Source: a virus. Taken from it: a stretch of 64,000 nt of DNA. Below the pieces are notes generated by a model. The model did no database searches. It was given only the letters and a program-made list of their open reading frames with translations, and was not told where the DNA came from. Shown in pieces: positions 1-9,784 of the stretch. The stretch's first letter is position 1, and every line of letters begins with the position of its first letter. Location: the IMG/VR virus record IMGVR_UViG_3300025162_000006, positions 5,209-69,208 of that record. The stretch is one strand, 5' to 3'. The translations under genes were made by a program, and so were the position numbers.

Positions 1-464
1 AAGAGATAACCTACCCCCGCAAGTTTATTCCGGAAATTCAGATCATTGTCACCATGACTGATACCCCCGATGTTTATTATACTCTTAAATCCTCCCAAGA
101 TGCGTACGATATGAGTAAGGAAGTGTTCTCGAAATCGGTTATGCTATTCAAAGAGGAGGCATTCATTGTGTGCCTGAGTAAAGCGAATAAGGCAATAGGT
201 TGGTATAAGATCAGCTCTGGAGGGGTCACCGGAACCATCATTGACCCGAAGATCGTTTTTACCCTTGCGCTCAACGCCCCTGGCACTTGCTCAATCCTGT
301 TAATGCACAACCATCCATCAGGCAACTTGCAACCGAGCGAAGCGGATAAGCGAATAACAAAGCAGATCAGGGAGTCAGGGAAGATACTGGATATAACTCT
401 ACTGGACCACCTTATTGTGACGATGGATAGCTACTATTCATTTGCGGATAACGGAGAACTTTGA
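1..464 (+). CDS. radC: RadC-like JAB/MPN domain protein (5' end lies before the window)
   Basis: EEAF..., ISSGGVTGTIIDPK, HNHPSGNLQPSEAD and LLDHLIV motifs; the frame is open from base 3 (EITYPRKFIPEIQII), so the true start is upstream of ATG 54. Confidence 0.9.
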   Translation, partial: EITYPRKFIPEIQIIVTMTDTPDVYYTLKSSQDAYDMSKEVFSKSVMLFKEEAFIVCLSKANKAIGWYKISSGGVTGTIIDPKIVFTLALNAPGTCSILLMHNHPSGNLQPSEADKRITKQIRESGKILDITLLDHLIVTMDSYYSFADNGEL

Positions 465-506
465 TGAAAATTATTCTCCCTCTCCAAGAGGGAGTTACCC
501 TTTACT

Positions 507-589
507 TTGAAAAATAATTGATAAAATACTTGACATATCATTGTGGAGGTATTATCTTTGTCAACGCAACAACATTAAAACCATAGAAA
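507..589 (+). promoter_or_regulatory. Repeated promoter/leader cassette, copy 1
   Basis: TTGACA(530-535)-17 nt-TATCTTTG(553-560, Bacteroidota TAnnTTTG)-GCAACAAC-AAAACC-ATG; three more copies at ~35.2, 59.2 and 60.9 kb. Confidence 0.8.
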
Positions 590-793
590 ATGAAAACGAC
601 ATTCAGCAAAGTAAGAGTTGGCAAATCATTCCTGAAATTTTATGAGGGAGGCCGTTCAATCGTTTGGAAAAAAACCAGTAGAACCGGAGCGGTTATTGAG
701 GCACTGGATTATTACCGGAGTGAGCCCGATCGCAAATGTATCGGTAATGCAAATTCATTCTCCGGATTTGAGCAAGTAGTATTAACCAACTAA
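590..793 (+). CDS. hypothetical small protein
   Basis: First ORF after the promoter cassette, A-rich leader. Confidence 0.7.
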   Translation: MKTTFSKVRVGKSFLKFYEGGRSIVWKKTSRTGAVIEALDYYRSEPDRKCIGNANSFSGFEQVVLTN

Positions 794-805
794 ATATATG
801 CAACA

Positions 806-1126
806 ATGAATTCATCAATGAGAAAATCAGTGACTACAAAAACCGGTAAGTATATACCGATGGGTGCCAGTGTAACGGTTGAAGTTCTGCAAGGCGGGAT
901 AGCAGCCGGTATCACTTATGGCGAAATAAAATTGAGAGTGCCGATGGCTGCTATTGGCGCATACTGTATCGGGTTCCTCACCATCCCGAAGTACAAAAAA
1001 GCGATTGCGAGATATGACCGCAGGGGAGGGGAGATCGTTCAATCCATGACTGGCGAAACGGTTGAACCTGATGGATATGACAAATACGGAATGCCCTCAG
1101 TGTTAATTGCGGGAGGATTCGTATGA
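806..1126 (+). CDS. hypothetical phage protein (VEPDG...G.PS motif)
   Basis: C-terminal GETVEPDGYDKYGMPSVL resembles a recurrent small phage protein motif; ATGA-coupled to next gene. Confidence 0.7.
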   Translation: MNSSMRKSVTTKTGKYIPMGASVTVEVLQGGIAAGITYGEIKLRVPMAAIGAYCIGFLTIPKYKKAIARYDRRGGEIVQSMTGETVEPDGYDKYGMPSVLIAGGFV

Positions 1127-1410
1127 GATATACCGCTATCGCATTCAATGGAATGCACAGAGAGTGGCCTATTCCAGTCAATACGGTAAGCGTGTGGATA
1201 GGGAGAGAGGTTGAACATATCCCAACACCGGAGAGCATATCTGCGCTCGTTTCGGAAGCGCAAAAGAGCGGGCAAATGCAAATTTACTATGGGGATTATT
1301 CTCCCGGCAAGATTGATGCCTTTGATGGCACCCCCTTGTTCACCAACGGACAGGAATCGGTAAGGGTATTACTGGATGAAAACGGAACTGAATTATGGAG
1401 ACGATTTTAA
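1123..1410 (+). CDS. hypothetical protein
   Basis: ATGA overlap with the preceding ORF. Confidence 0.65.
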   Translation: MRYTAIAFNGMHREWPIPVNTVSVWIGREVEHIPTPESISALVSEAQKSGQMQIYYGDYSPGKIDAFDGTPLFTNGQESVRVLLDENGTELWRRF

Positions 1411-1855
1411 AACTGGATATATGAGATTTCAAGGATTGTTATACAGGCAGAAAGACGGTTCAATTAACGGCGCAATGGCTCCGGTAATGGCTGCACAGAT
1501 TATCAGTAGAGAGAACAATTTTCCTATACATGGATTGGTTCGGGTATTATTCGACAATCCGGAAGTGAATAACCGGTATGAGGGTCCGGGCCGTAGAGAA
1601 TGCCTCACTGGTTGTGACACCCTGATGTTATTGTCAATTTACACGAATTGCAAACAAGTGGTAATGTTCATTGATCAGGGGAGTGATCTCCTACCGATAG
1701 GCCTCAAATTTGACAATGACGATGATCTTGCGGTATTAACGCCGATCTATCTAAGGGCACCCTTTGAAGTTAAACTGGATGCCGCAGAGGTTACCGAATT
1801 GATCAATTCAGCACTTGCGGAAGATGCATTCAAGTTGAAAGGAGAATCAGTATAA
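1376..1855 (+). CDS. hypothetical protein
   Basis: 159-aa ORF in operon context; start uncertain. Confidence 0.65.
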   Translation: MKTELNYGDDFKTGYMRFQGLLYRQKDGSINGAMAPVMAAQIISRENNFPIHGLVRVLFDNPEVNNRYEGPGRRECLTGCDTLMLLSIYTNCKQVVMFIDQGSDLLPIGLKFDNDDDLAVLTPIYLRAPFEVKLDAAEVTELINSALAEDAFKLKGESV

Positions 1856-1873
1856 ACCATAAAAACAAGCACG

Positions 1874-2116
1874 ATGGCAGCAAAATTCAATTTCGGGAAA
1901 ACAACCGTAGAACTTGCCGATGGGAGCAAGGTCATTTATGAAACCGCTCGACATACAGTGAGCGTACAGAATCCGCAGGGAAACATTTTGAGTATCATCC
2001 ATGTTGCGGAAGATTATACGGTTGAGGCATTTTCAAAGTATTGTGACAAGATCGCACAAATGATGTCAACAATGGTTTACCCATGGCAAAACAGTAAACA
2101 AATTTCAATCACTTAA
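1874..2116 (+). CDS. hypothetical protein
   Basis: ORF with A-rich leader in operon. Confidence 0.65.
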   Translation: MAAKFNFGKTTVELADGSKVIYETARHTVSVQNPQGNILSIIHVAEDYTVEAFSKYCDKIAQMMSTMVYPWQNSKQISIT

Positions 2117-2126
2117 AACCGTAAAA

Positions 2127-2903
2127 ATGAACACACAACAAGCACTCGAATTATGTACCGTAAAGGGTAACACTATTCATCCCCCACAAGTCCAGTTGGA
2201 CAGGGAGAGTTACATGGCACTGAAAAGCGCACTGGTCAAATCCGGTGGAATGTGGAAAGGAGGTAAGATCGCAGGATTTGTTTTCTCTCATGACCCAACG
2301 GATATACTGGAACGATTGAGAGGGGGAGATAAAATTGATCTCAAAAAGGAAAATCAGTTCTTCCCTACTCCCGCCCATGTAGCCGATCTCATGACCTCAA
2401 TACTGGAACTGGAACAGGGAGTATCCATCATGGAACCATCTGCGGGGAGCGGTTCACTGATGGATGCAGTATTGCGATTGATGCCTGACAGCACGATCTT
2501 TTTCATTGAGAAGAACCCCCTGATGAATCCGGTCCTTACGGATAAATTTGATAAGATGGAGAGGGTATTCAGGTTGAATCCGGAGAATGACGATTTTATC
2601 TCACTGGAAAGCGAACCAGTGTTTGACAGGATTATTGCAAACCCTCCATTCACGAAGAATCAGGATATAGATCACATTTACAAAATGTTTTCTTGCCTGA
2701 AACCCGGGGGAGTGATGGTCACACTGGCCTCAAACCATTGGCGCACTTCCGGTAATGGAAAAGAGGCAGCATTCAGGGCGTGGCTTGAAGCCTATAACGC
2801 ACAGATCAAAGATATTGATGCGGGAGAATTCAAAGAAAGCGGTACACAGATTGCGCTATGTATGTTAAAGATCAGGAAAGCACCCCTCCGGTTAATCCAG
2901 TGA
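2127..2903 (+). CDS. SAM-dependent amino (N6A/N4C) DNA methyltransferase
   Basis: QFFPTP, MEPSAGSG (motif I) and IIANPPF (motif IV). Confidence 0.88.
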   Translation: MNTQQALELCTVKGNTIHPPQVQLDRESYMALKSALVKSGGMWKGGKIAGFVFSHDPTDILERLRGGDKIDLKKENQFFPTPAHVADLMTSILELEQGVSIMEPSAGSGSLMDAVLRLMPDSTIFFIEKNPLMNPVLTDKFDKMERVFRLNPENDDFISLESEPVFDRIIANPPFTKNQDIDHIYKMFSCLKPGGVMVTLASNHWRTSGNGKEAAFRAWLEAYNAQIKDIDAGEFKESGTQIALCMLKIRKAPLRLIQ

Positions 2904-2961
2904 GGTACGGTGAACGATAACCGTTAACCTGATACGGAACATCACCCATGAAAAGAAAGAG

Positions 2962-2987
2962 GCCTACCGATAACGGTAGGCTTTTTT
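2962..2987 (+). terminator. intrinsic terminator
   Basis: GCCTACCG-ATAA-CGGTAGGC followed by TTTTTT. Confidence 0.85.
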
Positions 2988-2989
2988 CG

Positions 2990-2997
2990 TATATTTG
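2990..2997 (+). promoter_or_regulatory. possible -7 promoter element for the head operon
   Basis: TATATTTG matches TAnnTTTG just upstream of the portal start. Confidence 0.4.
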
Positions 2998-3005
2998 ACA
3001 AAATA

Positions 3006-5534
3006 ATGGGCATGAAAATAAGTGAGAAAATCGGAAATTATGTATATCAGGCTCTACGAAGAAGGTTCGGAGGCACAGTTCCAATGCCTATATCAGACGG
3101 TCAAAGATCGTCAATGCCTACCTTTGCAGGGTTCGTTCCCACAACAAAGTTACAACCGGTAACACTGGATTTTGCCCGAGAGTGGTTCTCCACCATGGAA
3201 CACCTTGCGGTATATAATCCTGATGTAGCTTATGCACTGGATAACATTGTCCAGTTGGCAAACACTGACCATGAGATAACTTTCTCCGATGAAGTTACCG
3301 CAGATCAGGCAAGGGAAATGAAAAAGTTTTTACGGACTGAGGAGAAGAAATGGTACCATCACTCCGGAGGTCAAAGATCATTGAAAAGTGATCTTATTTC
3401 GCAAGTGGTCATTAATGGCGCTCTCAGTGCCGAGATCATCCCGCTCCCTGATTTGTCAGGAGTTAAACAGATCGCAAGGGTATCACCAAAATACATTTAT
3501 TTCGTTTACGATTTGGAGAGCGATAATTTTGAACCATATCAAATTATCAATACCAATGCAATGTCAAGCCAGTACGCACAAGGGGATACATTCATAGGTA
3601 TGAAAAAACTGAATAACATCACTTACAAGTATATCGCTTGGAGAAGAATATTTGAGGGTCCATATCCTACTCCCCCTTTCATTGCGGCGATTGAGGGGTT
3701 ATTGATTCAAAAGGATATGACCGCAAACCTGAAATTTATTATTCAGAAATTAGGAATGCTTGGATTCCTCTCCGCAGAGGTTACCCCGCCTGAGATGGGA
3801 GTTACCGAAACGGAAACTGAATATTACGATCGCCTTGTTAATTATCTCGAAACGAAAGTGTATCCTCAACTGGAAAAGAATCTCGGTAAGGGTATGGTTG
3901 CGGGATTCAAAGACACTCATAAATTCACCTTACAGGGAAACAATATGAATGTCACTGGTGCAGAGGGATTAGTAAAGATCGTTCAACTGATGATCTTCGC
4001 CGGTTTGAAACAGGACCCCAATATGCTCGGCCGTAATTACTCCACAACGGAAACCTTTGGCAGAGTTATCCTCCGGAAGATGATCTCCCAAGTGAGAGAT
4101 TACCAACAGGTAGTTGATGCATTCTATTCCGAAATGTATTACCTGGCATTGAGGTTAGCGGGTTACTCCCCCGGGTTCGTCGATGTAAAAAGCAAGACCG
4201 CTCTTGTCAGTGATATGGTTGCGGAACAACAGGCGGAGAACTTAAAGATCGGCAATGTAATTAAAAAGCGCAACGCCGGTTTTATAGATCAAACCACAGG
4301 AGCGCAAGAACTGGAATACGAAACACCCGCAGAGGAAGGACCAGTATATAACGATCAGGGTCAGGAGATCGTTCCGGTTGAAGATCTCGTACCTGATGCA
4401 ACACCCCCTGATGGCACACCCGAAGATATGAATCCGGAAACGGACCCAGTAACCGGTAAACCCAACAAAAAAGATAAGAAGAAACCGGTTCCGGAGGTTA
4501 CCGATGAACAGAGTAATATCAGGGAGATACAAAGGTTTGAGGCTCAGTTAAAGGCTCATGTTCCAGTGTATCCGTACTTCACCATTGAATGCGATGGATT
4601 AACCGCAGAACCAACATATCAAAGGTTGGAATTCGGGGATGAAACCGTACAACATTATGCCGATCACTACTTTGCCGACAGTTATGCAATTTATGTAAAA
4701 GCGGTTCGGGATATTACTGACAGGGTTGCTCACACGCTATCCCTGAAAGATCGGTCATTAGAGGTTGAATCAGTATGTGCACTGGTCTATCTCGAAATAT
4801 TGAGAGGGTGGGATAACTTGTATCTCCACAAGCAGAATACCGTCACGAAAAACAATGTTGACAAAATCTATTCTCACTACCGCAAGGACAAACGGATATT
4901 CTCGAAAAGTGCCACGATCTCAAATGAAGCGATCAGTTACAAGGATGCTCCGATACCGGAAGCACTTTTCGACATGAATGATTTCAGGGCAATAGAACAC
5001 GCTTGCAGTGTTGACAGTATGTACCTTGGGAAATTCATAACTGACCCTGATGTAAAAAAGAAAGTGTACCGGTTAATGAGAGAGCGGTATATTGAGGGGA
5101 GTGTTCCGTTCGGTAATAATCCCGGCTTTGTCAGTGATTTCAAGAAGCAATTCAGTGAGTTAATGCAACATGAATCATGGAAGATCAGGCGTATAATTGA
5201 TACCACTGTATCGTCTCTACGCAATGATGCGAACATAAAGTACATGAATCAGGCAAGGGTACAGAAATTTGAGGTTATTGAGGTTGTTGACGAGAATACT
5301 TGCGAATATTGCCAAACATTGAATGGGATGGAGTTTGAGGTTCCACAAGCAGTGAGCAAGATCACTGGAAAGATCAGTGCGGGACCGGAGAGTATTAACA
5401 GTGTTTCACCATTTGCAACGATTATCAATTTAGCAACATTTAAGGGGATGGATTCCAGTGCCATGTCGGCCTCCGGAATTCAGCAACCGCCGTATCATCC
5501 TCATTGTAGGGGTAGAATTGTCGCAGTAATTTAA
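3006..5534 (+). CDS. portal protein fused to a MuF/SPP1 gp7-like head morphogenesis domain
   Basis: First gene of the head module; portal-like N-terminal ~440 aa, then an acidic/Pro-rich linker, then CEYCQTLNG...PPYHPHCRGRIV typical of MuF. Confidence 0.8.
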   Translation: MGMKISEKIGNYVYQALRRRFGGTVPMPISDGQRSSMPTFAGFVPTTKLQPVTLDFAREWFSTMEHLAVYNPDVAYALDNIVQLANTDHEITFSDEVTADQAREMKKFLRTEEKKWYHHSGGQRSLKSDLISQVVINGALSAEIIPLPDLSGVKQIARVSPKYIYFVYDLESDNFEPYQIINTNAMSSQYAQGDTFIGMKKLNNITYKYIAWRRIFEGPYPTPPFIAAIEGLLIQKDMTANLKFIIQKLGMLGFLSAEVTPPEMGVTETETEYYDRLVNYLETKVYPQLEKNLGKGMVAGFKDTHKFTLQGNNMNVTGAEGLVKIVQLMIFAGLKQDPNMLGRNYSTTETFGRVILRKMISQVRDYQQVVDAFYSEMYYLALRLAGYSPGFVDVKSKTALVSDMVAEQQAENLKIGNVIKKRNAGFIDQTTGAQELEYETPAEEGPVYNDQGQEIVPVEDLVPDATPPDGTPEDMNPETDPVTGKPNKKDKKKPVPEVTDEQSNIREIQRFEAQLKAHVPVYPYFTIECDGLTAEPTYQRLEFGDETVQHYADHYFADSYAIYVKAVRDITDRVAHTLSLKDRSLEVESVCALVYLEILRGWDNLYLHKQNTVTKNNVDKIYSHYRKDKRIFSKSATISNEAISYKDAPIPEALFDMNDFRAIEHACSVDSMYLGKFITDPDVKKKVYRLMRERYIEGSVPFGNNPGFVSDFKKQFSELMQHESWKIRRIIDTTVSSLRNDANIKYMNQARVQKFEVIEVVDENTCEYCQTLNGMEFEVPQAVSKITGKISAGPESINSVSPFATIINLATFKGMDSSAMSASGIQQPPYHPHCRGRIVAVI

Positions 5535-5553
5535 CCAGTAATAATTAATTCCA

Positions 5554-7047
5554 ATGACAAAAAGAATAGGAATTCTCACTTTGATTAACGACAATTCGTT
5601 AGTCATTCTCAATGCCTCAGATCAGGGATTGATGGCAACAAAACTTCGCAAGGAGTTAAAATTCTCCGATACTTACAGACAGGCGAATGTGAGCGGGGAT
5701 TTGAGTAATGCGGTGCCCAAACCGGAGGACTTTCTTCCTTTCCAGTTCCGACATATCAGTGCAACGATTATCGGGGGAGGTACATGGAAAGCAACCGATT
5801 TCAGCAATGAAAAGGTTATCAAAAAGATTCCTCAATTGTTATCCTATCAGCCGGTTTACCTGAATCACAATATGGATGTCACCAATGTTGTAGGAACGAA
5901 CGGCCAGTTGATCTTTTCTCCCGCAAAAAAGGTAAATGGAACATTGATACCGGCAGGGGTAGATGGTCCGATATGGATTGATGGCAAGTTACATACCGAT
6001 CTTTGCAGACAGTTGGCCTCATATCCTGTTCCACAGATACAAAGTGTTTCGGTAACAATCGTTTTCGAGTGGGAACCGTCTCATGAGTTCAAAGATCAAT
6101 CCGGTAATCAGGATGATTGGGAATTTGAGCGTCAAATAGGGCGTTTGGTAGAGGGAAAGATGGTGCGCAGAATCGCCGTAGATGCGGTTGCAGCTTATGA
6201 GACATCACTGGTATGGAATGGTGCGGACCCGTTTGCAAAAATGTTGGATGAAAAGGGTAACCCCATTAACATAGATCGCTCAAACATTGTAGGCGCAGAT
6301 CAGTTCGATCAGGACCCGCTCACTGGAATCTATAAAAAAGACAATCGCTTTTTTATTGCCTCAAATGTTTTCAGTGACGAAAAGACGGTAAATTTATACA
6401 GACAAGAAATTATTAATTACAGTAAAACGGAAAATCCACTATTTGTTAATCCAAAAAATGAAGAACCAATGAACGAACTTCAAAAATTTTTAGCAACGGT
6501 AATGGGGGTAGCAGAAGAAGCGGTCACAGTTGATCTACTGAAACAGCATACATTCACCAAGACCCCTGAATTTACCACGATGAAAGCCAATGCGGACCTG
6601 TTACAGGCAACCAAAGACAAGGTAACCGCAGCCGAGGCCAATGTCGCAAAACTCTCCGCTCTTATTCCACTGGATAAGGTTGAGACTATCTCCGCAGAAT
6701 TGAAAAAGATCGGGGAGAATACCACTATTGAGGCCATACTGCCATTCGCTATCGTGGGAAAAGAATCACTGGAACACAAGCGCACAACTTGCGTGAAAGC
6801 CTACAAGCTGGCCGTTGGTGAAAAGAACGAAGATGCTGCCGTACTCGCTACGATTCAGGGAGCGGATTCTAAATTACTGGATGGTATGCTGAAACAATAC
6901 GGGAAGAAAATCGGTGAAGAATTTACCGGTGTATGCCTGGACTGCAAAAGCACCAATGTCTCTTTCCGTTCGACCACTGCTGAAACTACGGAGGATTCCA
7001 ATTCCGGTAATGTAGAATTCAATATGCCGTTGGCATTTCGTCAATAA
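5554..7047 (+). CDS. prohead protease/scaffold protein
   Basis: Between portal and capsid genes; PVYLNH and YETSLVWNGAD protease-like segments; helical C-terminal half. Confidence 0.65.
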   Translation: MTKRIGILTLINDNSLVILNASDQGLMATKLRKELKFSDTYRQANVSGDLSNAVPKPEDFLPFQFRHISATIIGGGTWKATDFSNEKVIKKIPQLLSYQPVYLNHNMDVTNVVGTNGQLIFSPAKKVNGTLIPAGVDGPIWIDGKLHTDLCRQLASYPVPQIQSVSVTIVFEWEPSHEFKDQSGNQDDWEFERQIGRLVEGKMVRRIAVDAVAAYETSLVWNGADPFAKMLDEKGNPINIDRSNIVGADQFDQDPLTGIYKKDNRFFIASNVFSDEKTVNLYRQEIINYSKTENPLFVNPKNEEPMNELQKFLATVMGVAEEAVTVDLLKQHTFTKTPEFTTMKANADLLQATKDKVTAAEANVAKLSALIPLDKVETISAELKKIGENTTIEAILPFAIVGKESLEHKRTTCVKAYKLAVGEKNEDAAVLATIQGADSKLLDGMLKQYGKKIGEEFTGVCLDCKSTNVSFRSTTAETTEDSNSGNVEFNMPLAFRQ

Positions 7048-7080
7048 TCATTTAATCATTAATCCTTAAAAACAAGCAAC

Positions 7081-7701
7081 ATGACTGGAACAATTCAAAA
7101 TGCTGCAACGGTAGTAATGACTGACATTCGTCACGATGCGTTGCAGTTTTCGTTCGTCAATGACTCCGGTGCAGCATTAACCGAAGGTCAGGAAGTAACT
7201 CTCAAAACTGATGGCACGATTGACAAAAGAGATGCCGCAAGTGATATACCTTTGGGTATTGTAGTTGTTGGCGCTGCCAACGGTGCAAGGGTTACAGTGA
7301 GAACATTCTTCACCGCCGTTATTAAAGCAAAGGCAATCGGTGGTACTATCAATGCGGGAGTATTTGTTAACCCGAACGGGAACAAAGACGCCACTACCCA
7401 TATCCCTGAATACATACTTGCCACTGGAAACAATCCATCGGTCGGGTTGGTAATCAAAGGTGCTGCGCAGAATGGTTCTATTACCGTTGGTATCATGGAT
7501 GGTATTTCGGTTAAAGCCGGTGCTACCGCTCTCGCCGCTTACACTTCAAACCCGCAGTCTTCCGCATTTACCACAACTGGTGCGACTACGGATATTGCCT
7601 CCAAAGCTGATCTCAATACATTGAGAGTTGCGGTAGAAAATCTCCGTGTACTGGTTGAGGATATGAAGGCAAAACTCATTGCTGCCGGAATTTTATCATA
7701 A
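7081..7701 (+). CDS. head decoration/cement protein
   Basis: Gly/Ala/Thr-rich beta protein just upstream of the major capsid gene. Confidence 0.6.
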   Translation: MTGTIQNAATVVMTDIRHDALQFSFVNDSGAALTEGQEVTLKTDGTIDKRDAASDIPLGIVVVGAANGARVTVRTFFTAVIKAKAIGGTINAGVFVNPNGNKDATTHIPEYILATGNNPSVGLVIKGAAQNGSITVGIMDGISVKAGATALAAYTSNPQSSAFTTTGATTDIASKADLNTLRVAVENLRVLVEDMKAKLIAAGILS

Positions 7702-7728
7702 TTTTGTAAACCCTTTAATTTTAATAAC

Positions 7729-9024
7729 ATGGCACTTTCAAAAGAAAAATGGGCGAAACTCCGGACTCATAACAGTAATGTAATGAAAGGTGATTTTGTC
7801 GGAACATTGGACCCTAAAGATGTTCGTGGAGCATACGAAGAATCTTTCAGTGAGTTCGTTCAAGGAATTATTCAAACCCGCCTCGGCAGATCAGAGGATA
7901 AAAAAGGGTTGCCAATCCCTGCATACGATTTGTCGTTTGATCAGGCATTGAAACACGCTTACGGCGTTGACATGAAAACCTATTTCAAACAGATGGAGAT
8001 TTTCATGGGAACTGATACCCTGGCTCGGGTTGCTCAAAGGTTCGGAAACGATAACCTCACTTCCAGTGTTGTACAGGGCGCTCTCATTCGTCACTCTCAA
8101 TTTGACGGTTTGAACAATACCAGTGACATCAATTCGGAATGGCGTTTCATCATCCCTGAAATGATCATGGCAGCGATCAGGACCGATTACGAGGCCAGTT
8201 CATTGCACGCTAACTGGATTGCCACTACGCAAACCGTTAATGCAAGAGACATCAAAATGCCGTTCATCAAAAGAGGTAACGCAACACCCCGTAAAATTGA
8301 ACAGGCGGAATCAATTCCTTTCGGAACCGTAGCATTCGGACAGAAATCAGCTACCCTGTACAAAGTTGGAATCGGATTCAAAATGACGGATGAACTGGTT
8401 GACCAGTCAAGCCTCGATATGTTATTCAATTTCCTTGGTGAAGTCGGAACCGATATGAGTATTGCCTCCGATGTTGAAGCATTGACCGTACTGGTTAACG
8501 GTGAACAGGCCGATGGTTCTGAATCATGTCCTGTTATCGGAACGGAAAACGGTTCATCCTTCGCATACAAGGATATCAAACGGGGAGTTTCCCGTCTTGA
8601 GAGGTTAAAGAGACCGGTAACCCGCATTCTATACGGTGAAGAAGATGGTTTGGATATTAATGTTCTTGACCAGTTCAAAGGGTTTGCCGGTGGCACAACG
8701 CTCGGTCAGATCAATGGATTGATGGGTAAGATCATTTCCTTACAGGAAGATGTTTATGTCATGCCGTCAAATCAGTTAATGTTACTTGCTCCCACAAAGG
8801 CAATGGCAAAACTGAAATGGAAAGGCATGAAAACGGAAACCCGCAGGAATCCACAGACGCAGGAAGAAGAAATCTTCGTTTCAGATTATATCGGTTTTGC
8901 GATTCTCCGCAGGGATGGCCGGTTGATCTTGGACAAATCCAAAGCATGGTCAGGCAACAAATTTCCGGATTACATGGATATTGATAGCCGTATCAATGTA
9001 TCGTTCAAATCGCTACAAGGTTAA
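7729..9024 (+). CDS. major capsid protein (HK97 fold)
   Basis: 431 aa; FIIPEMI, EQAESIP, KVGIGFKMTDEL segments typical of HK97-fold capsids; position. Confidence 0.85.
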   Translation: MALSKEKWAKLRTHNSNVMKGDFVGTLDPKDVRGAYEESFSEFVQGIIQTRLGRSEDKKGLPIPAYDLSFDQALKHAYGVDMKTYFKQMEIFMGTDTLARVAQRFGNDNLTSSVVQGALIRHSQFDGLNNTSDINSEWRFIIPEMIMAAIRTDYEASSLHANWIATTQTVNARDIKMPFIKRGNATPRKIEQAESIPFGTVAFGQKSATLYKVGIGFKMTDELVDQSSLDMLFNFLGEVGTDMSIASDVEALTVLVNGEQADGSESCPVIGTENGSSFAYKDIKRGVSRLERLKRPVTRILYGEEDGLDINVLDQFKGFAGGTTLGQINGLMGKIISLQEDVYVMPSNQLMLLAPTKAMAKLKWKGMKTETRRNPQTQEEEIFVSDYIGFAILRRDGRLILDKSKAWSGNKFPDYMDIDSRINVSFKSLQG

Positions 9025-9050
9025 TTAACCCCTGATTAATATTTTACCCC

Positions 9051-9710
9051 ATGGAAAAGAAATATTATCGCCTGAAAGACACATCAGGAACATATTGGTC
9101 GGTTGTACTGGGCGTCTCTTTCGTAAGAGATGCTCCGGTAGAACTGGAATCCTCTCCGGAGTTAAAATCGCTACTTGCAAAGGGAGTGATCATTGAGGTT
9201 GACAAAAACGAATTCGAGGCCTATTACGGAATACCTACTGAGGAATCAGGTGGTAACACCGTAGGGGGGGAGATCGTTGACCCCATCAAACCGGAGGGCT
9301 CACAGGAGGCAAATTCTTCAATTCAGGTAGGGGAGGTTTTACCGGAAACGGTTTTACCGACTCAGAAAGACGAGGGGGATGCCGGCTCACTGGATGAAAA
9401 GACAGATGAAGCACCGGTAACAGAAAAGGAAAATGCAGAACCCCCTCAATCTGCACAGGTGGAGGAACCGGATCAATCAAACGCTCCAGCTCCCGCCGCA
9501 GAGGAAAACCTGAAAAAAGAACTCAATCGCTCGGAGATCACAGAATTGATACAAAAAGCGTTGGAGAAAGAAGTGTTCACAACAAATACGGGATGGATGA
9601 AATACGGAACCTTCAATCTCGGCAGAGGGATTGCAGCTGTAGTTGATTACCTATTAAGTGCGCCCAAACTGGTTGCTGAAATTCAGGGAAAAGTTGCACC
9701 GACCGAGTAA
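9051..9710 (+). CDS. hypothetical acidic protein downstream of capsid
   Basis: E/P-rich low-complexity centre; followed by a terminator. Confidence 0.7.
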   Translation: MEKKYYRLKDTSGTYWSVVLGVSFVRDAPVELESSPELKSLLAKGVIIEVDKNEFEAYYGIPTEESGGNTVGGEIVDPIKPEGSQEANSSIQVGEVLPETVLPTQKDEGDAGSLDEKTDEAPVTEKENAEPPQSAQVEEPDQSNAPAPAAEENLKKELNRSEITELIQKALEKEVFTTNTGWMKYGTFNLGRGIAAVVDYLLSAPKLVAEIQGKVAPTE

Positions 9711-9730
9711 TTAACCGTAGTCCAATATTG

Positions 9731-9771
9731 AGGTTCACCTACCCGCTTGTAATGGTTAGGTGAACCTTTTT
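9731..9771 (+). terminator. intrinsic terminator
   Basis: AGGTTCACCTA...TAGGTGAACCT followed by a T-run. Confidence 0.8.
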
Positions 9772-9784
9772 AATTTTCAGGAAT

